From NCBI GenBank assembly GCA_964016885.1, contig OZ024742.1, positions 211,978,001 to 212,042,000 of the forward strand: a stretch of DNA of 64,000 bases, written 5' to 3'. This document shows positions 55,835 to 64,000 of the stretch, piece after piece. Every line of letters starts with the position of its first letter. Positions within the stretch are counted from its first letter, which is position 1. This DNA is from Eledone cirrhosa (Eukaryota). The translations under genes were made by a program, and so were the position numbers. Under the pieces are notes generated by a model. The model saw nothing but the letters and a program-made list of their open reading frames with translations, was not told where the DNA came from and did not search any database.

Positions 55835-56168
55835 GGAGGCGCATGGCTTAGTGGTTAGAGCCTTGCAATTGAAAGGTTGTGAGTTTAATTCTGAGACCGG
55901 GTGATGTGTTGTTTCCTTGAGCAAGACACTTTATTTCACATTGCTCCAGTTTACTCAGCTGTAGAAATGAGATGATAGGTCCTGGGGTCCCTATCATTCC
56001 ACTGCAAAGTGGCTGTAGAGGTGCCACGGCAAAAAAGCACCCAGCACTCACTGTAAATGAGGTTGGTGTTAGGAAAGGCATCCAGCTGTAGAAATCAAGC
56101 TAGAATCAGTTCCCGTCCCACCCTTGCAAGCAGGGAAAAAGCGGACATAAAATGAAATGATGATGATT
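55835..56168 (+). mobile_element. Near full-length tRNA/CORE-like/RTE-tail SINE
   Basis: GGAGGCGCATGGCTTAGTGGTTAGA head, CCTTGAGCAAGACACTT core, RTE-type 3' end, (ATG)n tail. Confidence 0.87.
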
Positions 56169-56179
56169 AGATAAAGGCA

Positions 56180-56452
56180 ACATCTTCTCCCTCTTTCTGT
56201 CACACTCACACACACTCTCTCTCTAAACAAACGACGTTCCTTTTCTCTCTATGTACATCTCTTTCACTTGGTGCTCCCCCTTTCTCTATATAGATGAGGG
56301 TGACGTTTTAACTTTCTGTATTACCTTTTTCTGTCACCTTGAAAACACACCGCATTCGTTTTTCTCTATGTACATATCACTCGCTTGGTGCTTCCTCTTT
56401 CTATATAAAGTGAGTGTGACGGACAGACAGACAGCGCTCTTATTATAATAGA
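56180..56452 (-). mobile_element. Possible Helitron 5' end remnant
   Basis: Minus strand A|TCTATTATAATAAGAGCGCTGTCTGTCTGTCCGTC; internal ~117-bp direct repeat. Confidence 0.45.
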
Positions 56453-58553
56453 TTACTTTTCAAATATTGAATCTAGATATAAAATGTATTAACCATACAA
56501 AATGCACTTCTTTCCTAACATAGGATGGTGTAGAAAGACTATGGACATTGTTCTGCTTACTAAACTTCAATTAATAAATGTGTGCATGTGTGTATATTAT
56601 CACATCCACTTTCTGGATTTTCCTGATCAACAAAGGCCTCAATGTGCCAATAAAGGAGTCTCTATTTGGTCGCTTGATCTGCTAGAAATAGCATCCAAAT
56701 CTTTCTTAAGCAACACTTCACTATCTTAATATGAGAAAAAAACATTATATAATGTAGTCCTAGATTCTCCATAAAAAGGTGGTGCTCATGACAGGAATGT
56801 CTTTGCTAATACATACAAGTTTACTTGTTCAGGGCTGTCATGGAGCTAAATAATAACAAAGGCTTCATAAACTAATAAACTATACTATTTGCAGCACCCT
56901 TCCTCCAAGGACAAAACAATTTAAAATATTTTATATAGAAACATTCATCTACTTATTTGATGTTAATGAAGATATTAGAAAACTGTGAACAGGAAACCCT
57001 ACAACATATAACCTTAAATGTATACAGACATATGTGTGCATGTATGAATGAATGCGCACATACACACGCGTGCACAGAAAGCTTTTTGTATAACTTGAGT
57101 GCCTCTGTGTCACTTGTTAATGACATCTTCCTGTACTTGTGGAAGAATCATCATTCCCTGTATAAAACATTCACCCAGTAAAACATCACATACTAGACTG
57201 ATACAGCAACAAATATATTTTTTTTATCTTTCTAATTACCCCAGGCAAAATATTCAGTGAAATTAGTCTTGTTATCCTGGCTTAATAGCTAGTTGTCTAA
57301 GACGATATATAATTAAAATATAAAGTTACAGGTAACAGAGTTTATTAAAATATCAAAATTTAGTTTAACATAAAAAGTTCAAGGAACAATGAAGTAGGAT
57401 GAAAGAAGGCCTTGAAGACACACAAAGGCATCATATTAAAGAATAAAGAACCAGTATAAATGCCACTATCGAACCAAAATCTGTATTGTAACAAAAGAAA
57501 CCACATTTGATATGTTGAGTTTGATCATTACTAATAAGGGAGTCAGACAACTTTCATACCTATCACACAAAAATAACCAATTATTTAATAATGTTTTTTA
57601 TGTTTTCCCTCTTAATGCTATGTGTAGCAAGCTTTCTCTCATAATGCTATGTGTGGCAAGCTGAAACATTTCAACATTATTCTATATATCTTAAGACTAG
57701 ACAAAATCCAGCTGCTTCCATAGAATATTATCCCTATTAACAGAATGATATATATCCATAAATATTCTTAACTGGGCAAAAAAATATGAGTGATATGCTT
57801 TATTAGCAAATCTGCTTGTTTTCACTATAGTACACTTCTAACAAGAATTTAAACTCCAGTTGCTTTTCAAAGGTTTCTTTCCAATACAATATTCTAGTTC
57901 TTTTTCGCTCCAAGAACAGGTTAAAAATACTAGAAGGACTTTTAATCTTTAATCCTGTCTATGACACAGAGCTGTCTGTTTTAAAGTGTTTATATTTATC
58001 TAAAAAAAAAACCTTCCTTCCTAAATTTTATGTAACCTTTGCTGAGCTATGCTTCAAACACCAACTTAATAGTGAGAAAATTTGTTATGCTATTAAATCC
58101 CTCCAAATTCTTCATTATTTTCAAAATAATTTGAAAATTATAGATAATGTCTTTCATTAGAAATATGGCAATGATATAGTTAAACACATTTAGTTAAATT
58201 AGTATACAACAATTTAATGAACAATTCTATAAGGTGGGTGGAATCAATTTTGAAATTATTAAAGATATAAACAAAAGCAGTGAAATAGAATCTATATATA
58301 TAAAGAGGGTGTTGTAGTTTGCTTGAAGCATTGTGTTAGTGTATAAAGTAGTATGTTATTTGATGGCTATGACAATGCAAAATGGAAGGTAGATTTGGAA
58401 TAAATTCAAGGCAACGAAGATAGTGTGCCTACAACTACAAAAGCACAAAGCTTTGAACCAGTTTCTTATAATGAAAACATTTCAGTCTTGTAATATTAAG
58501 ACAGGTAAATAAAACAACAGGTGACACACTAACATCTTTGTTCAATTTTTTCC

Positions 58554-58607
58554 AAATCTACTGTCCATTTTGCTTTGTTACAACAAAGCAAAATGGACAG
58601 TAGATTT
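58554..58607. repeat. Perfect 26-bp hairpin, 2-nt loop
   Basis: AAATCTACTGTCCATTTTGCTTTGTT-AC-AACAAAGCAAAATGGACAGTAGATTT. Confidence 0.95.
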
Positions 58608-59514
58608 CGAATAACATATTACTTTATATAAGTATAACATATTACTTTATTTACTTTTCGAATAACATATTACTTTATATAAAATAGTTTCCAATGAAAG
58701 CACATAAACTCTCCCATCCCTAAAAAAAACCCAGCAGCTGACTCCATGTTATATAATAAAAGAAATATATATAATTGTCAACAGTAATCTGATTAAAAGA
58801 TTTACACATCATTAATAAGAAAATAATGCTTGTTGAGTCATATATCTAACATAATAAGCATACAAATTTGAGTTATTCTAACTATGTCAAATTAAACAGT
58901 AAGCATGCATAAGAGACACAATCATAGTTTTAGTAAACATTAATGATCCCTCTCTACTTCACAATAATCTGATCATGAAACACAATATCTGTAATTAACA
59001 ACTTTTATCAAAGTAGCAACATTTTTTTTTTTACTGATTATAGGTCAAAGATATGCTATTTTCCCTCTGAAGGAGATTTGTTTACTTAAAACATTCCAAA
59101 ACCAGCTAGCACTTTATCTCAATGCAAGCTTGCTTTGCATGTGTATACTGTCAAAACAATTTTATACAACAGCTTTATTATAGTTTAGATTCTACTATAA
59201 TTCTACTATTTTAGGTTGGAGTCCTAATTATACAAAAAGGACACTATAATAATAATCATTGCAGCTTGCAGCTGGCCCATATTTATGCTAATGTTTCAAT
59301 TTCGTTAAACACATAAGTAGTTGCATAGAAATATGTTTTACCTTACACCATAGTATATACAAAGGGTCAACTATGTATACATGTATATATGATGATATGT
59401 ATATAATGAGAAAAATGAAGTTTCGTTCACATGTTTTTATTGATTATTGACCCGTTACATTTCAGTGCTCATATTAGTACCTCCACCAGCAATGCACTGA
59501 ATCACCTATACTAT

Positions 59515-60940
59515 GTCATCATCGATTAGCATCCATTTTTCCACACTAGCATGGGTTAGACAAGTTGTCCTGTTTTGAGGCATGTTAGATCAGATGACCA
59601 TGTCTTGCTTATACAGAACTGTTTCTGACTTGGTTTCTACGGCTGGATGTCCTTCCTAATGCCAACTACATTTACAGTGTGAACTAGGTGCTTTTTATCA
59701 TGGCACCAAAATGATCATTATACAGAGCGGACTGCGTGCATTTTGTCATGACACCAACACAACCACTTTACTGTGTGGACTGGATGCTTTTGTCATGGCA
59801 CCAGAACGACCACTTTACAGTGTGGACTGCGCACTCTTTGTTTCCTCCAAGGTTGTGCTGGGTGCTTTTTGTTGTGTCACCATCACAACCACTTTAAAGG
59901 GTGTACTGGGCATTTATTGTCATGTTGCTACTACGGCCACCTTACAGAGCAGACTCAGTACTCTTTGTCGTGACCAATCCAACCATTCCACAGGGTGGAC
60001 TGGGTGCCTCCTGTCATATCACCAATATGGCCACTTTACAGGGTGGGCTGGGTACTTATTTGTCATGTCACCAGCTTGACCCATTGCAAGGAGGCCGAGG
60101 TGCTCTATTGTCATGTTACCTTATGTTACTAGGGTCTTTTGTTGTGTCACCAGCATGATCCCCTTACAGGATGGACTGAAAGGATTTAGCCATTTCAGCA
60201 GCATTGTGGGAGAGAGTGTTCTGTTTTCCATGCTTGTATACATGGGTTGGTCAAGAGGGGTGCATTAGTGGAGGTGGGGTGGGGAGTGTGTGTATGTAGG
60301 GTGGTGATTGGAGAGGTTGGTCTAGTTGGGGAACTTAGCTGGTGAAGAGTGGAGTGTTAAGACATGGGGGAAGTATGGAAGGGGAAGAGGATGGGGAGAA
60401 ATGACGCATACTAGAGGCAGCTGTTCTCTAAACTTTCTCTATTATATCCTGTTCTCACTTTGGCTACTGTATTTTGGAACACCCCCGTTCCACTGTTAAT
60501 TTGGTCACCCAGGTAACAGAAGCTGTCAACTGCTTCTACGGAACCCTCTAAGCATTTGATTGAGTTTGTTTCCTGTGGGAGCTTGCTACTTACTGCTCCT
60601 GTGCACCAACCACATGTAAAATCTATGTTCTTTACTAGCCTGCCTGAGATACTCCTATATTTCATGTACACATAGTTTGCATTTGAGACAGAAGATGGAA
60701 TTTCTACCCACTCCTTTCCTACACACTGAGGAGAGCCATTTTCCAGAAGGGATCAGAGCCTTGTTTTCCTTTCTACATACTAGGACTTTCGTCTCTGCCA
60801 AGTTGACTTTAAGACCTTTTGATTCCAGGTTATGCTTCCAGGTCAGGAATTTCTTCTCTTGTTCTGCTGTAGATTTAGCGATGAGAGATCATCAGCATAC
60901 AAGAGTTCCCAAATACATCCCGTTTTAAACTCTTCTGTTA
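59515..60940 (-). mobile_element. Old RTE fragment: RT/PHD piece joined to 3' UTR with expanded subrepeats
   Basis: 60411-60940 encodes EAVDSFCYLGD and a YAD-like motif. 59670-60180 has about 11 diverged ~43-bp units. CAT tail at ~59517. Confidence 0.8.
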
Positions 60941-63329
60941 TATAAATAAAAGATCATACAGTAGAACATGCGACTGTATGCAATCAAGATACAGACCACC
61001 CAGCCCATTTGACAGGTCTGTAACCTCACTTCAGTACTGGCTTGGTCCATGAAAACTCATCCAATCCTTGCTAGCAGGGAAAAAACGGACGTTAAATGAT
61101 GATGATAATATAGGTTCATAATTCTCAACATTCCATTATTTTCAACACGCAATACAAGGAATAACAGCTATGGTTAAAATATAAAAAATGTTCATATTTT
61201 TTGCATCATACATAAAACTACTTATATTGTATTAAAAAGAAATATATAAATTACTATGACTATGATTTGCCAGATAAAGCAAAATACTTTTTTTTATAGA
61301 CATTATCATTAGAATTTAGCACAAACAAAATTCCTGATGGGGAAGCTCGACTTTGAATTCAAACATAACTTGAATCTAAATCTTGAAAAGATCTGCTTTT
61401 TATGACAATGAATGTAATAACTATAGGATATTAATAGATAACCCATTGTTTTATGGATGAAATAAGTAATATTCAGACTCTTTGTCAAACTTTACTTAAA
61501 GCTATGTTTGGGGATTATATACATATATATATAAGGAAAAGAAATTGAAAATGCAACTGGAGTCTTTTAAGAATATTTATTTATCGATTTCACAGTTCTT
61601 ATGCTTTTCAAAAGTAAAATTGAGATGACACACATACATACATGAATAGATAGGTAGATAGAGACAGACAGAGATGTAGAGAGAGGGAGACAAATAGATA
61701 ACACTGTTGACAGAAAAAGTTGGTACGAATGAAAGTATTTTTGAACATTTAGAATATTTGACATCTCTCCACTCCCAACTGTCTTACATTTATGTTCCAT
61801 GAATTTTAAATAAAAATTTGATAACATTTTTGACAGGTCACATCATTCGTGTGATAGTGTCAGAAAAAAAAAGATGATTTAGTTCATTCATTCTCATCAT
61901 AAATATTTTCTATTGTTTGATTACATTCTAATGGTTGTAATTGCACATGTACATGTCTGTGCACATGTGATAAAGAAAGAGAAACAAAATATTAGCACTT
62001 TGTTACAATGATAATTGCTTGACACAATATTCAAAATAAGATTAAATATGCCACTAATAAATAGTTTTTTCTTCTCTCATTAAAACTTAAGTTACATGCA
62101 TATTCTTTACAAATTACATTCAAAGTTTATATCAGGTTTACAAATTTTAGTGTTATTCTCTCTCTTTTTTTTTATTTTATTCATTATGCATATAATATAC
62201 AATTTTATATTTGAAAAAAATAATATTGCATATATGTTACCAAGCGCAAATGATTGATTAGTTTTTACACATCAGTCTTAAAAATGTTCAACGACAATAA
62301 GTGCAATAGTTAAATGATTAAGTTACTGGACGAATGAACCAAACAATTAGCTGTTTATACTATCATTGACCTATTATAAACTGATTTATCCTGAGCATGG
62401 ACAAGGGCATGATGATAATCTATTTCTGTATATTGAATAATGTTTTGGTTTGAAATTCTGAGTATGTTATCAAAAATGACAACAAGCTCTTGAAGAAGGC
62501 TAGAGAGTACAATGGCTGAAACATTGTGGCTATAACAACCAAATACTATTTTAAATAAGCCAGTGTATAATATTTATGATGCCTCAGAAATTCCCACAAA
62601 AATTATCATTTGCCTAGCATTGGCTTCAAAGATAAGGTATATTTCTCTTCTTAACCCAATCTGAAAACAAATATTAACCTTCAAATATCTGCTTACAAAT
62701 GTAAAATGATGGTACTCCAAGATCTGTTTTCAGAAAAGTCTAACTTATTTTAAGATTGAAAAGAAAGTGTTAGAAAACAGATATAATGATTTTTCATTTA
62801 ACCAACCTGGAATTAATTTCTTTAAGTACACTTCTTTAAAACGTAGCATCATGTGTTTGGTGCATTAAAAAGGTATTATTTTAACTCTCTTGAAATGACA
62901 AAATTTAGTTTTGATATATTATCTCAAGCATAAAAATGTTATTTTTTCCCTTTTTAAAATATTTTCAAACTTTTCTTTTGTTAATTAAAACAATGCAATT
63001 AGTATCAATTTTCACTCCTATCCTATTCTAACCTTCCTTTTCCTCCTTGGAGCTGCATCCTAAAGTAACCCCTTTTCAACCCATGTTTTCCTTCCTCTCA
63101 GTCTACACTTTACAACAATTCAAACTGTACATTAACTGCACTAAACTTAGCTGCTTTTATGCACCTCCCCCAGTATAAAGAGGCCTTAAAAGGATATGGG
63201 AACTGTCCCCCCCCCCCCTCTTCATACTAACTAATAAACAGAAAATTACAAAACACTTCAAAAATACTTTCATGCTTGGGGAGAAGGGCTAAGAGAATTT
63301 GATTGCTTAGTTCAACTTGGTGCTACTTA

Positions 63330-63770
63330 GTGTGCAGTTTACCTAGTGATTTATAGTTCAACCTGCAGTCTACCAACACATTTACAGTGCAGTGTATAGT
63401 CTACCTGTACATTTACAATGCAGTGCGCAATCTACCAGCACATTTACTGTTCAGTGTGCTGTCTACCTGCACATTTACTGGTCAATGTGTAGTCTACCAG
63501 CACATTTACTGTTCAGTGTGCTGTCTATCTGCATATTTACTGGTCAATGTGTAGTCTACCAGCACATTTACTGTTCAGTGTGCAGTCTACCTGCACATTT
63601 ACTGGTCAATGTGTAGTCTACCAGCACATTTACTGTTCAGTGTGCAGTCTACCCGTACATTTACAGTTCAGTGAGCTGTCTACCTGCACATTTACAGTTT
63701 AGTATGCAGTCTACTGCACATTTTCTATCTGAGTACAATGTGCTCTCTGCATATGCTTTTACTGTTCTTT
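63330..63770. repeat. 31-bp minisatellite with 62-bp dimeric core
   Basis: Alternating TTCAGTGTGC(T/A)GTCTACCTGCACATTTACTG and GTCAATGTGTAGTCTACCAGCACATTTACTG. Confidence 0.9.
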
Positions 63771-64000
63771 GTGCATTTATCTCAACAACAAAAACTATGT
63801 CTAACTGGCTAAACAGGTCAGATCTTCACAGCATAAACTATGGATGCTGCAATAGACTGCACACTTATGTAGTACCTTCTTTTCTGTCTTTGTGAATACT
63901 ATCACTCTTCTCTAATTATATTACATAATAAAACTTATGGACAGGAAGTATATCAAAGAGGCATCAATATTTGGGAGTGTAATAATTCAGGAAAGTATAT

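Noticed and set aside
63330-63770. CRISPR-like periodicity
   Set aside because: No unique spacers and no cas genes; a eukaryotic tandem repeat.
53950-64000. Upstream RAPGEF1 exons or promoter
   Set aside because: None recognised by eye; small exons could have been missed.

Overview
AT-rich animal genomic DNA packed with (TA)n/(CATA)n microsatellites and transposon debris. The repeat content suggests an octopus/cephalopod, which is inference only. The only host gene I can support is RAPGEF1/C3G (Rap1 GEF) on the minus strand. Six GT-AG exons at 26547-36030 join in frame and encode PxxPxK Crk-SH3 motifs and the start of the REM domain. Two candidate 30-nt microexons lie downstream (8382-8411, 7156-7185). 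The rest of the window appears to be intron. It holds RTE-clade LINEs (one very young, with an uninterrupted 823-aa frame and a PHD-type finger after the RT core), a Tx1/L1-clade and a CR1-clade LINE, a piggyBac element with intact TIRs, TTAA MITEs, maT/mariner fragments, Helitron-like elements and two tRNA-SINE families. Less obvious features: type I hammerhead ribozyme motifs (Penelope/retrozyme-like), a twin-priming-like inverted RTE insertion, long fold-back palindromes at LINE junctions, and a near-identical inverted RTE pair bracketing the exon block. Most long ORFs in the track are microsatellite artefacts.
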